DNA from: Haliotis cracherodii
Lineage: Eukaryota
DNA length: 64,000 nt
Assembly (NCBI RefSeq): GCF_022045235.1
Contig: NW_027266266.1
Coordinates: forward strand, 5,017,848-5,081,847
Direction: 5' to 3'
Numbering within the stretch: position 1 is the first letter of the stretch; each line of letters starts with the position of its first letter. Position numbers and translations under genes: made by a program. This document shows, piece by piece, positions 36,866 through 48,187 of this stretch. The notes below the pieces were generated by a model that saw only the letters and a program-made list of their open reading frames with translations, was not told where the DNA came from and did no database searches.

Positions 36866-37400
36866 CCAATCGAGATATGTGATATAGTGGTTTTACTCTC
36901 CTAGTAGTTATATATAGATATGTGATATAGAGGTTATACTCTTCTAGTAGTTATATATAGATATGTGATATAGTGGTTTTACTCTCCTTGTAGTTATATG
37001 TAGATATGTGATATAGAGGTTATATACTCTCCTTGTAGTTATATATAGATATGTGATATAGAGGTTATACTCTTCTAGTAGTTATATATATATATATGTG
37101 ATATAGTGGTTCTACTCTCCTAGTAGTTATATATAGATATGTGATATAGAGGTTATACTCTTCTAGTAGTTATATATAGATATGTGATATAGTGGTTTTA
37201 CTCTCCTTGTAGTTATATGTAGATATGTGATATAGAGGTTATATACTCTCCTTGTAGTTATATATAGATATGTGATATAGAGGTTATACTCTCCTAGTAG
37301 TTATATGTAGATATGTGATATAGAGGTTATATACTGTCCTTGTAGTTATATATAGATATGTGATATAGAGGTAATACTCTCCTTGTAGTTTTTATATATA
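36866..37400. repeat. Tandem repeat in MVP intron 11: about 43-bp unit (ATATGTGATATAGAGGTTATACTCTTCTAGTAGTTATATATAG) x about 12
   Basis: Direct periodicity, beginning about 27 nt after the exon-11 donor. Confidence 0.9.
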
Positions 37401-37606
37401 TATAGATATATCCACATTTATTACAACCCTTTGTAAGCAACATCCCCATGCTCGTGGATGTAAAAGATCTCAAGTCCTGTATCATTTTTGACACTGTACA
37501 CTTTTTTTGTTATAACCATTGTTCATTACAAGAATATGTACAACTTATACACAACAAATGGCTGGGACAAAAAAGCAGTTCGTTATATACGCAAGTTCGT
37601 TATAAG

Positions 37607-37800
37607 CGGGGCGGTCGGGTAGCCTAGTGGTTAAAGCGTTCGCTCATCACGCTAAAGACCCAGGTTCGATTCCCGACATGGGTACAATGTGTGAAGCCCA
37701 TTTCTGGTGTCCCCCGCCGTGATATTGCTGGAATATTGCTAAAAGCGGCGTGAAACCATACTCACTCACTCACTCACTCACTCACTCACTCACTCACTCA
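37607..37800 (+). mobile_element. SINE family A, full-length reference copy (in MVP intron 11)
   Basis: gggtagcctagtggttaaagcgttcgctcatcacgctaaagacccaggttcgattcccgacatgggtacaatgtgtgaagcccatttctggtgtcccccgccgtgatattgctggaatattgctaaaagcggcgtgaaaccat(actc)n. Confidence 0.85.
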
Positions 37801-37944
37801 CTCGTTATAAGCGTGTTCGTTATGAAAATAGTTTACTGTATTGTTAAAAGCAATGTTAAATGTATCTAACTCACTCCGTTGATGTGATCAAAAGAATGTA
37901 CTTTTCTAATTGTGGTGGGAGATATTAAAGACATGCATCAATTT

Positions 37945-38030
37945 GGGACACCCCATGGGTACTCCTGGCAGGGATAGTTCCACGTACTCCATGGGTACTC
38001 CTGGCAGGGATAGTTCCACGTACTCCATGC
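37945..38030. repeat. 39-bp direct duplication (CCATGGGTACTCCTGGCAGGGATAGTTCCACGTACT x2)
   Basis: Exact tandem duplication. Source of ORF 37910..38092. Confidence 0.85.
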
Positions 38031-38200
38031 TTGTCACAAGAGCAAACTCTCAACCACGGGGTTTGCCTGACTGGCAGCCATCTCAGAGTTGAGTTATGCA
38101 TCCTTGAGTTATCTATGAAATGAAATATGAATTCATTTCTATTTTTATTTATTTTAATTATATGTTACTTATTAATATCATCAACCACCATATTTTCCAG

Positions 38201-38412
38201 AACTCTGCCAAGATCATCCGTGCATCTGTGTTTGGTATTGACGACAAGAGCAAGGTGAAGGAGAAGTTCACCTTCCCCCAGAACAACCTTCACATCACCA
38301 GCATTGACATCCAGTCTGTGGAGCCCGTCGACCAGCGCACACGGGATTCTCTCATGAAGTCCGTGCAGCTGGCCATTGAAATCACCACCAACTCCCAGGA
38401 AGCTGCTGCCAG
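38201..38412 (+). CDS. MVP: MVP exon 12 ([71 protein letters not shown])
   Basis: Acceptor is tattttccag|AAC. Frame is anchored by ORF 38120..38416. Matches human NSARIIRTAVFGF...[47 protein letters not shown]. Donor is AG|GTAACC. Confidence 0.94.
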
Positions 38413-38469
38413 GTAACCATGGCAACGATGATTCATAACACTTCCTTATCCAATCAACAGACTTCTGAT

Positions 38470-38695
38470 TCTCACTCGTGTGGGGCGACTATGCTTGTCG
38501 TAAAAGGCGACTAACGGGATCGGGTGGTCAGGCGTGCTGACTTGGTTGATGCATGTCATCGTATCCCAATTGCGAGGTTCGATGCTCATGATGTCAATCA
38601 CTGGATTTTCTGGTCCAGACTTGATTATTTTCAGACTGCCGTCATGTTGCTGGAATATTGCTGAGTGGGACGTTAAACAACAAACAAACAAAACA
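38470..38695 (+). mobile_element. SINE family C (in MVP intron 12)
   Basis: gtggggcgactatgcttgtcgtaaaaggcgactaacgggatcgggtggtcaggcgtgctgacttggttgatgcatgtcatcgtatcccaattgcgagg...gctgagtgggacgttaaacaacaaacaaacaaaac. Confidence 0.85.
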
Positions 38696-38823
38696 TTCAT
38701 CCAATGGATAAAGTTACTTTCCATGTTTCAACTTTTATGTGACAATAATGTTTACAGCTGACTTTATTTATCCTTCTCCAACATTGGACAGTCGTTTATA
38801 CGTATATTACATTGTCTTCACAG

Positions 38824-39067
38824 ACATGAGGCTGAGCGTCTGGAGCAGGAGGCCAAGGGTCGCCTGGAGCGTCAGAAGATCAGTGATGAGGCCGAGGCTG
38901 AGAGGTCCCGCAAGGAGTTGCTGGAGCTGCAGGCCAACAGCGCTGCTGTGGAGAGCACCGGGCAGGCCAAGGCAGAGGCTCAGTCCCGGGCTGAGGCCGC
39001 CAAGATCGAGGGAGAGGCTGCTGTAGAGCAGGCTAAGCTGAAGGCACAAGCCATGAAGATTGAAGCT
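38824..39067 (+). CDS. MVP: MVP exon 13 ([81 protein letters not shown])
   Basis: Acceptor is cttcacag|A. Frame is anchored by ORF 38918..39349. Matches human [83 protein letters not shown]. Donor is GCT|GTAAGT. Confidence 0.94.
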
Positions 39068-39341
39068 GTAAGTTTGCGGAGTTATTTCGTTGCAGTGCTT
39101 CTTATGCCAAAGGGTTTCAAGAAATTCTCCATTTCTGAGAGAATTTCATTATCGGTCTCCATGCCGTTTGTTCCTGTAATCTGGTCAGTCAGTTTACTGG
39201 TTGGGTCACTTGTCACTTGTTTGAATATTTTAATTAGTCTGAAGTCCTGCATTGCCCTTGTAACATTATTGAAGGAAATGATTCTTACATTTGTACATTC
39301 TTTTGGGGCTATATATAGGCTGTTTCTTCTTCTAGGGTTGG

Positions 39342-39465
39342 TGGGGTAGCCTAAAGCTTTTGCTTGTCATGCCAAAGACCCAAGTTCGGTTCCCCACATG
39401 GGTACAATGTGTGAAGCCCATTTCTGGTCTCCCCTGCCGTGATGTAAAACCATACGAACTCTTCT
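39342..39465 (+). mobile_element. SINE family A, 5' part (in MVP intron 13)
   Basis: ggtggggtagcctaaagcttttgcttgtcatgccaaagacccaagttcggttccccacatgggtacaatgtgtgaagcccatttctggtctcccctgccgtgatg. Confidence 0.65.
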
Positions 39466-39501
39466 TCTTCTACTTCTATTGACATTTTATTTTGATTACA
39501 G

Positions 39502-39846
39502 GAGTCCGAGCTGGAGCGTCTCACCCAGGCACGTGATGCTGAATTGAGGTACGTCAAGGAACAGAATGATCTTGAACTTGATAAATCCCGCGAGGTCTCT
39601 TCCATTGAGACCCAGAAGTTCAAGGAAATGGTCAGTGCAGTGGGGGCAGACACTCTGCGCACGATGGCTTCCGCTGGGCCGGAGTTGCAGGTGAAGCTGC
39701 TGCAGTCTCTGGGACTCAAGTCCACACTGATCACTGATGGCAGCAGCCCCATCAACCTGTTCAACACCGCCAACGGCCTCATCGGTGGAATGGTGCCGTA
39801 CAAGAAGCGCAAGACTGGAGAGAGTGATGAAGAAGATGAAGCATAA
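39502..39846 (+). CDS. MVP: MVP exon 14, terminal ([114 protein letters not shown])
   Basis: Acceptor is ttgattacag|GAG. Frame is anchored by ORF 39544..39846, which ends in TAA at 39844-39846. Matches human ...[56 protein letters not shown]. Confidence 0.94.
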   Translation, partial: ESELERLTQARDAELRYVKEQNDLELDKSREVSSIETQKFKEMVSAVGADTLRTMASAGPELQVKLLQSLGLKSTLITDGSSPINLFNTANGLIGGMVPYKKRKTGESDEEDEA

Positions 39847-40139
39847 AGAGAGCATTTTGATTGGTTAGGTGTAACAGAAACGAAATGATTGGTCGAATGA
39901 TGTTGGCGCTGACATTTGTATTTTCTTGTGTTTTCCATTGTTTGAGTATCAGTGTGATGTCATTAAGAATGTCAGTGTTGCTGTGTGGAGCCTGTATCAA
40001 TGACATGACCCACAGTAGGACCATAGACTTGATTGGAATTCAGTATGGAATATAATCATTTACCGACTGACCTATCATTTCTAACAGACCAAGTCAAGCT
40101 ATTGTTTATTTTGTTGAAAAACATGCATATGCTCAATGA

Positions 40140-40312
40140 AAAAGACTATCATGACGCACAGTACCTGTCACATGTTCAACGAAATAGACTATCATGACAC
40201 ACAGTTCCTGTCACGTGTTCAACGAAATAGACTATCATGACACACAGTACCTGTCACGTGTTCAGCGAAATAGACTATCACAACACAAGTTCCTGTCACG
40301 TGTTCAGCGGAA
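40140..40312. repeat. 43-bp tandem repeat x4 in the MVP 3'UTR or flank (GTTCAACGAAATAGACTATCATGACACACAGTACCTGTCACGT)
   Basis: Direct periodicity about 300 bp downstream of the MVP stop. Confidence 0.85.
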
Positions 40313-40755
40313 TACTGTCAAGCCATGATTACACTCTCATGAGTGATTTCCTATGTTAAGTGCTGTGTCATTGTCAAAATTGTTTCATTTTGTGACAGAA
40401 AGTGTTTACATTGACATTTTTGTGTTGAGAATTCTTTCAATTTCGTTCTGTTTGCACCCATCGCAGACAATAAGCAAACAAACTGTGATACAACATGTAA
40501 ATGTGCCTGTATGAGAGTGTGAAGGGGAGAAGACTGCTTAACATTTTTCACAAGATTGCAATATGATGTAGATTTGATTTTGTTGAGTAGAACCAGCATA
40601 ATATAGTATCATGTTTTGTTCATGTATGTGTATCAAGTACCACAGGTTTGTTAGGTCTATGCTATTGTGGTGTCTCCACGAGAAACTGTACAGTACAACT
40701 CTTTGTATGATACATACTGTGTGGTTTATTTACACAAAGTATTGTTACTTAACGA

Positions 40756-40761
40756 AATAAA
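40756..40761 (+). other. MVP: Candidate MVP polyadenylation signal AATAAA, about 0.9 kb past the stop codon
   Basis: First canonical aataaa after the stop, in aacgaaataaagcatc, followed by a T/GT-rich stretch. Confidence 0.35.
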
Positions 40762-40995
40762 GCATCACATCATTGATATTTGTCTTATGTTATATGGTTA
40801 ACGAATGGATGGAATAGAATCATATCACACTGAAAATGTTGTCTAAACGTGAAGAACAAATGGTAGATTTGACTTTGGCAGGTCTCATATCAATGACACG
40901 TCAATGTATCATCTGGATCTCAAAACAAAAATGGCATGCTTCATAATCTCTTGTTACCTTACAGAATAAGAGCCAATGCACTGTAGCTTACCTAG

Positions 40996-41485
40996 ATACA
41001 GTCAAGTCCCGTTAATCCGACATGGCTGGTTGCAAATGATTATGTCGGATAAATGAGTATGAAATAAGTAGTACCAACGTTCGTCGGTCATAGTTTGCGA
41101 AAGGTTTTTCTGATGTCACCTGTAATGGAATGTCCTCGGCGATAGCGAGAACGTGTATCTGATTTTAATGAGATTGATGTAATCTAAGCATGTGATTAAT
41201 CCTGTTTGCTATATGTAAAGCATTAAATGTTTATTGTTAAGCAAAGTTTAAATCAAAACACGGGTGGTGTACTAGTGGGCAGATGACCACGGAGTATGCT
41301 GATCACTGTGTTGGATTAACGAGTCTGATTAATGAGTGATTTCGGTAATTCGTTGCAAATTAAGTGTGTCGGGGTCGGGGTGTGAGACTTCGGATTAATG
41401 GGTCTAAATAGCACTGATTTAATCGGTTCCGATCGTAAGTGTCGGATTTACAAGACTTGACTTTATGAAGTCTGTAGGGAAACCA
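40996..41485. mobile_element. MITE family G, copy 2, carrying a nested MITE-H fragment (in the MVP 3' flank)
   Basis: Left end is acagtcaagtcccgttaatccgacatgg. Contains gattaatcctgtttgc...gggtctaaatagcactgatttaatcggttcc. Right end is cggatttacaagacttgac. Confidence 0.6.
41090..41176. mobile_element. MITE family H, 3' fragment nested inside MITE family G copy 2
   Basis: gtttgcgaaaggtttttctgatgtcacctgtaatggaatgtcctcggcgatagcgagaacgtgtatctgattttaatgagattg. Confidence 0.65.
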
Positions 41486-41514
41486 TCAGTCAGGTCTTGA
41501 AAGTGAACCATCTG

Positions 41515-41815
41515 CAACCCTGGTCTCTGACTCTGGTTGTTGTTGTTGGTTTGTTGTTTAACGCCGCACTCAGCAATATTCCAGCTATATGACAGCGGTC
41601 TGTAAATAATTGAGTCTGGACCAGACAATCCAGTGATTGACACCCTGAGCATCGATCTACGCAATTGGGATACGATGACATGCATCAACCAAGTCGGCGA
41701 GCCGGACCACCCGATCCCGTTGGTCGCCTACTTCAACAAGCATAGTCGCCTTTTACGACAAGCATGGGTTGCTGAAGACCTTTCCTAGCCCTGGCCTTTA
41801 CGGGTCGTCGGGCAT
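41515..41815 (-). mobile_element. SINE family C
   Basis: ggttgttgttgttggtttgttgtttaacgccgcactcagcaatattccagctatatgacagcggtctgtaaataattgagtctggaccagacaatccagtgattgacaccctgagcatcgatctacgcaattgggatacgatgacatgcatcaaccaagtcggcgagccggaccacccgatcccgttggtcgcc...ccctggcctttacgggtcg. Confidence 0.85.
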
Positions 41816-41824
41816 GGTTATTTG

Positions 41825-41962
41825 GTAGATGGTAGTCATCGTACCTCAACAGCAAGCACAAGTCCCCTTAACATCAATCACTGGACTGTCTGGTCTAGAC
41901 ATGATATTGACAGGCTGCTGTAATATTGCTGCAATATTACGGAGTGTGGCGTTAAACAACAA
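41825..41962 (+). mobile_element. SINE family C fragment, inverted relative to the neighbouring copy
   Basis: tcactggactgtctggtctagacatgatattgacaggctgctgtaatattgctgcaatattacggagtgtggcgttaaacaacaaacacgcc. Confidence 0.65.
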
Positions 41963-42892
41963 ACACGCCTACACCTTAGAGAAACAAAATAATACTATGT
42001 CATGTGATGAACACAAGTTTAGTTTATTGTGACAATTACAAAACATACATTCATAACTCGCATCAATATAATACTTCATCACTGCAAAGTCAGCCTTGTA
42101 CAGAAACATACAATGGTTTTTGTCTTTCACAGCAAACACAAGCTAAGTATAACAATCAATACTTGTAAAAATTATTGGTATGTAGAAATACAGTGAAACC
42201 TTTAATGTGGTCTTATAAAAAATTGATATTTTACCAAAATTAGCTGTTTTAGATATTGACCATATAAAGAGCGACTTTGAACAGTTTTCATGAACAAAAC
42301 TGCTATTCTTCAATTTTTCACTGGAACTTAAGGAACTGCTACATCTATGCAAGATCTGAGTTGAGAATGTTTCACTATATTTCACCTGGTAATACTACAA
42401 AGTTTACTTATTGCTCATAACAACCATTAGCTGTCAATAATTACAATAATCTCGTCTTCTGACTAGTAGTACCAGCCTGCTGTAAGCTCACCCCTGGAAT
42501 ACACATACATATTATATAATTTGCAGATTCGAACTAAGTCTTGTAGACGGATGGTGACTGCACTGGTGCTGAAGGTGCTAATATCCTGTTGGTATGGCAG
42601 ATACCGAGCCTTGTTAAGTGGTATTCCTGATGCCAGATGTCATGTTTATCTGCTAAGCGGATGCAATATTTCAAAGTTGAAATTCATTTTCCATTTTTTT
42701 TTTCAAAGAATGATAAATCAATAAATATTTCACCCTAAGCTTATGAGCATGCATATTGTAGTGCAATATGTGTGAAAATCTACTTGTACCAGCTGTGGAC
42801 ACTGATATGACTCTAGAGTTCTTACATTAGATGCCAAGACACATTCAGTGGTATCCCGGATGCCTAGAGGGTAGGGATCGGCACCCTCTGCG

Positions 42893-43442
42893 CATCTTCC
42901 CGAGGCAAGAGAGTTAACTGACTTTAAAAGTCCAGTTTCCACCCTTGCCGAACTAGGCTGGAAGTCCTGGGCTCGATCGTAGCGCCACCAGTGGCTATTA
43001 CGAGTTATGTCCGTTCTATGCCTCTCCTATTGACCAATCAGATTCAACCTCTCGTATCACATGCATTTGCTTCAAACAAAAAGGTGGCGCCCAATCAAGA
43101 CGATCTGATTGATAATCAAGATCTATATTGTGATAAAACGAGTCTTACATCGCGAAGTGCATCAAATCACGTGAGCACCTTGATTAAAAGCATGAAAAGA
43201 TTTAGAAAATATCCGTTGACAACGAGTTAGCGGTGCAAATGCTTTGCAAATCCTGCAGTCGACCGAAATCTGCATGACACTTTATGAACCGGATTTCGAT
43301 TTTGGTGCGCGATTTGATTCGACTATGCATAGACTCATTAGTCCAGCCAAAATGTAACTCCATAATACCAGCCTAGTTCGGCAAGGGTGGAAACTGGACT
43401 TTTATAGTCAGTTTACTCACTTGCCTCGGGAAGATGCCCTCT
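42893..43442. mobile_element. MITE family E
   Basis: Left end is cttcccgaggcaagagagttaactgactttaaaagtccagtttccacccttgccgaactaggctggaag. Right end is ccagcctagttcggcaagggtggaaactggacttttatagtcagtttactcacttgcctcgggaag. Confidence 0.85.
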
Positions 43443-44053
43443 GCGAGGTTGATGTCTGTTTTCGTCATATGAAGAGAAGGGCACAATAACCTGGGGACTA
43501 ATCTACGGGCGTTTGGGGTCAGCGTGACATTGTCCAACAGCACACCAGGGCTGCATTCCACAAGCCAACTGTGCTGCTATGACTGTTATCAGTCTTTATC
43601 AAACTGTTGGACTTACAACAGTCACAGTGATATGATTGCTTTGAGAAAGGGCCCCTTGGCTGGGCTATTGTGTAGTGTTTCAACTTTGTGTGGTACAAGG
43701 ATGTGAGCATCAACGTGATCATCAACTTGATCATCAAAATGACTCAATGACTCTTTAGTCTAGCAACACATATTTCATGACATGCCACTTGAGGACGAGT
43801 CTGTTGAAGACACTGTCCAAGACTTCAACCATATTATACAAATTGTCCATACTCTCATCATTTCACGTGGACACAGCAGTTTTTTAATATTCGACATGAT
43901 CATATGACAAATCATAGGTTTATTCAGCAAGTTTATACACACAAAACATGGAGACAATCCCTTTTCTGACGCATGTTTAGATAACACAAAACATGGGAGA
44001 TAATCCCTTTCCTGACACGTTAAGATAACACAAAAAATCAGCTCAATCAAAAC

Positions 44054-44500
44054 CAATCTCATCAAAATCAGATCTTACTTCCCACTACCACTAAACAAAG
44101 ATCTGAGGACATCCCATAACGACCTTTTCTCCAACCAGTGAGAGTGTCGTTCACCAGATCAGGAACGTGACGGAAAATTTAACATGGGGTATTCCAAATG
44201 ACAGTTGCGGAAATTACCACTGACTCCACACAATCTAGGCCCATCTTTCAGCCATTCCAGACTGTTCAGACAGATCAGTTTTGAAATTATTAATCGTTTC
44301 AAAGAGCAGTTGCCAGTTTGAAACTAGTGCCATAAACCACGAGAAAGCAGCCTTCTTATTGGCTAATGTCGGCTTCTTGTGAGTCATTCAACTGGTTGGT
44401 CAAATTCACGAAATGTCAGTCTGAAGTGACACGAAATGTGATGTCCTCAGATCTTTGTTTAGCAGTAGCAAGAACTAAGATCTTATTTTGATGACATTGA
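44054..44500. mobile_element. MITE family H (TIR CAATCTCATCAAAATCAGATCTTA...AAACAAAGATCTGAGGACATC)
   Basis: Left end is caatctcatcaaaatcagatcttacttcccactaccactaaacaaagatctgaggacatccca. Right end is gatgtcctcagatctttgtttagcagtagcaagaactaagatcttattttgatgacattg. Confidence 0.8.
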
Positions 44501-44834
44501 CAGTGATGACATTTGATGACACATCCAGACAGACAAACAGACAGAGAGAGACTCACACACAGACATGGTCAAATGAATGCACACACACACAGCCTACAGC
44601 TGTGATTAGGACACTATTACCAGGCACCATGACATTTCAATATTGGAACAACTGTCCCAATAGCTTGATATATACCTCTACTGTCATACATAGTAGGTAG
44701 CTTTAAATTATTTGAAAGGATAACAGAGCTCATCCAAGTAATAGATTCAAGCAGATTACATCGGAGGGTGTCAGAGCTAAGGGAGGTAACACTGATTATA
44801 AGACATAAAATTAAGACCATTTTCTGAATGGATG

Positions 44835-45400
44835 CCAATCTCATTAAATTCACATCTTACTTCTAGCTGCTGCTAAACAAAGATCTTAGGACATCCCATT
44901 ATGGGTCACCTCAGAATGGCCTTTCATCACACCAATCAAAGCAATGGTTACCAGTTAGGGAAAGTGACAGTTGGAATTACGTTATAATTGTGCAACCTTG
45001 AAAGGGTTAACATGGGTTACGGGCTGTACTAGTGATTCTGTCAAAAATCATCGTTTATTTCTCACTACAATAAGCTAAACATTTCAAATGGACGAGATTT
45101 TCCACTCTGTGGGAAGTACTGCCACATAACATCAGCTCTCTATTAGACATTCCAGAATTTGTTTTTGTTTAGTTTTCAAATTATAAAATCGAGAACTTTG
45201 TCGAATTATTTTTCAAAGCGTAGTGTGGTGTGGAAGTGTGAATGCTCGAGAAAGCTGCTTTCTGCTTGGTTAATGTCCACTTCTTGTCAGTCATTTCATT
45301 GGCCGGTTAAAGTTTGCGAAAGGTTGTTCTGACGTGAACTGACATGAGATGTGCTCAGATCTTTGTTTAGCGGTAGCGAGAACATAGATCGGATCTTAAA
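44835..45400. mobile_element. MITE family H
   Basis: Left end is caatctcattaaattcacatcttacttctagctgctgctaaacaaagatcttaggacatccca. Right end is gatgtgctcagatctttgtttagcggtagcgagaacatagatcggatcttaaaaag. The internal gaaagctgctttctgcttggttaatgtc module is shared with the other copies. Confidence 0.75.
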
Positions 45401-45404
45401 AAGT

Positions 45405-45675
45405 GAGTGAGTGAGTGAGTGAGTTTGGTTTAACGTCGCTTTTAACAGTATTACAGTTATATCACAGCCTGTCAGCTTAATGTGGGAGGTCTCGGATGTT
45501 TACCACTTTGGTGAAACCCACGAGCACGGGTATGGTGCTGACAAACCTTGAAAAATAATCAGGGTGAACTGGGATTTGAACCCACAATAATAGCCTTCTG
45601 GCATGCCCAAAGGATGCAACTCTGCACAGCGAATCGCAGCGCCTTAGACAACTGGGCCACCCGTGCCCCTGATCT
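45405..45675 (-). mobile_element. SINE family B
   Basis: gagtgagtgagtgagtttggtttaacgtcgcttttaacagtattacagttatatcacagcctgtcagcttaatgtgggaggtctcgg...gcgccttagacaactgggccacccgtgcccc. Confidence 0.8.
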
Positions 45676-46166
45676 TAATGAGGATGAATGGATACCAACA
45701 TGTATTTTCAACGTATTGAGTGTAAATTAAGGGTTTTATATCTCATCCTGTATTACTCCTTAATGCTTCTACTGCTATTTTCTTGACCTCGGAGAAGGAG
45801 CTGTGAGAGGTCCTGGCTACAGAAAAAGGTTGTACCTTTAAAATACATCTAATCACACAATCTTTTCATTTTATTACATCTGTCAAGAGCATTTATAGTG
45901 TGAGGCAGCATCAATGTTCACTGCTGGTAACTTGTCATCCATGTTTAGCCTGCGGTCCATGGACATGCACCGCTAGTGTGATCAGTCGTTACCATGTGCA
46001 CAGGAGGTAGGAGCACAAGGGTCAGAATGTCAAATTGCTGAAAATGCAATCTAATAAAATTCAAATCTTTTACTCCGAAACCACTCCATTCTGCGTATTA
46101 TATCGCAGTAAAAGATGAGATTGGCTGTAAATGATGCATTGTTTCTATTTGTGAAGCATGGCCATT

Positions 46167-46450
46167 GAGTGAGTGAGTGAGTTGGGTTTAACGCGGCTTT
46201 TAACAGTATTACAGTTATATCGCGGCGTGTCAGCTTAATGTGGGAGGAAAGCCTGAAGTGATGCAGGTCTCAGACGTTTACCACTTCAGTGAAACCCACG
46301 AGCACGGGTATGGTTCTGACAAACCTAGAAACATAATTTGGGCGAACCGGGATTCGAACCCACAATCATAGGTTTCTGGCGTGCCCAAGGGACGCAACTC
46401 TGCATAGCAAATCGCGTTGCCTTAGACGACTGGGCCACCCATGCCCCCAT
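46167..46450 (-). mobile_element. SINE family B
   Basis: gagtgagtgagtgagttgggtttaacgcggcttttaacagtattacagttatatcgcggcgtgtcagcttaatgtgggaggaaagcctgaagtgatgcagg...gacgactgggccacccatgccccc. Confidence 0.85.
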
Positions 46451-46919
46451 GGCCATTGAGAAGTATTCACCAAATTCATGGATTGAAGGCTAATGAATAT
46501 GCTGTGTGTTGCTTCAAATGCCCTTCTTGCTTTGATATTGACATGTTCTGCCAAGTTTACTTACAATGACTGATTCCACATATATAAGGCCTGCTCAGAG
46601 ATCCACAGTAAGTGACAGTAAAAATTCCCAATACCTCAGAATTTACAAAAAATAAGAATATTTTTAAAAAAATCAAATTTTGAACAATATCCCAATTTTG
46701 TCCCAATTTGCCTGCCAGAGGCACTAAGTTTGGAATCCAATGCTTCAAGATATACAATGTTTTTTCTGTAAGTGAGGAGGACCTGAACTTTTTGAAATAA
46801 TTTCATAGAACATTTTTTTCATTACAACTGACCATGTTACCAACTCAAACAAAAACTTATGTTGTTGCAAAATTACATTTTGCAGCATTTCCTGGATCGT
46901 AGTTTTTCTGATCCCCCCC

Positions 46920-46937
46920 ACCCACACAGACACACAG

Positions 46938-47010
<73 letters not shown>

Positions 47011-47020
47011 CACACACAGG

Positions 47021-47054
<34 letters not shown>

Positions 47055-47055
47055 A
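46920..47055. repeat. (CA)n microsatellite interrupted by GG (CACACAGG CACACA...)
   Basis: Dinucleotide run. Source of the CVCVCV and THTHTH ORFs 46745..47101. Confidence 0.95.
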
Positions 47056-47689
47056 TCAGATTCTGGTGACTTATGGCCATTGTATAAAGTCCATCATGTA
47101 ACTACTGTACAAGCTGAAACAAACAATTTGAGACGCGCAACAAAAATATAGTTTAAAAACATGAAACTAATCTAAGAAAATACATGATTAGGAAAATACA
47201 TTGTGTACAAATGGGATTGAATAATACAAGTGTGCTATTATGCTCGTTGCAATGCTATATTTCTGACAACATTCTATGAATAAATACTGGTAACATAAGC
47301 TGAAGCCAATCTGACAGCACACGGTAACTGAAGTTGTGGACAGTCGTGTAAAATCCTCAAACAAGATCACACCTTTTTTTCACTGTTCTTGATAAGGCGC
47401 CATTTATCATATCATCCAAACCTGGCTTCCACAGCAGATACCACCTGGGATATATTGGGACAACGAATTGCATCACAATGCTTTGCAGACCATTGGGGAA
47501 GTCATCAGGCACATGACATCACCGATCTCTTTGTTATTGAGGATGGTTAGCAGTGCTTTTTATACTCAAGACACTGGTTATTACTATTTACAAAATAAAA
47601 CTGGGTGGACGAATGATCTGAATGATAAATACAATCTCACCCTTGTGTCTTTGGATGTCAAATATTTCAACACTCTGGATGAAATGCTT

Positions 47690-47948
47690 ATATTATATAT
47701 ATCAACACTTGTGGATGAAAGTTTGATATCAAATATATCAACACTCGTGAATGAAAGTTTGATATCAAATATATCAACATTCATGGATGAAAGTTTGATA
47801 TGAAAAATATCAACACTTGTGGATGAAAGTTTGATATGAAATATATCAACACTCGTGGATGAAAGTTTGATATGAAATATATCAACACTCGTGGATGAAA
47901 GTTTGATATGAAATATATCAACACTCGTGGATGAAAGTTTCATATCAA
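47690..47948. repeat. 36-bp tandem repeat x7 (ATATCAACACTCGTGGATGAAAGTTTGATATGAAAT)
   Basis: Direct periodicity. Source of ORFs 47468..47803 and 47584..47961. Confidence 0.9.
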
Positions 47949-48187
47949 ATATCCTCGGCAACCCTTGGAGTCTTAAATTTTATCCCCATATGTTGATATA
48001 TTTGATATCAGAAGACACTCGAGTGAGATGCTCTACGTATCAAAGTGGGTAGGTTATACACATGCACAAACATGACAAAGAGACTTTAACTTTTAAAATT
48101 TCAATATCTGCGCCATAGTTAGAACTGTACTGAACAAGCCATTCATATCTTTTCTTAAGAAATGAGAACTCACGTAAACTAAAAGTT

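Noticed and set aside
35365-39938. Antisense ORFs overlapping MVP exons (35365..35730, 36077..36298, 38165..38425, 38807..39049, 39351..39938, 39496..39855 on the minus strand; 34336..34590 on the minus strand).
   Set aside because: Each lies opposite a homology-supported MVP exon and stops at or near the exon edges. This is the usual open antisense frame from codon-biased sequence, with no independent support.
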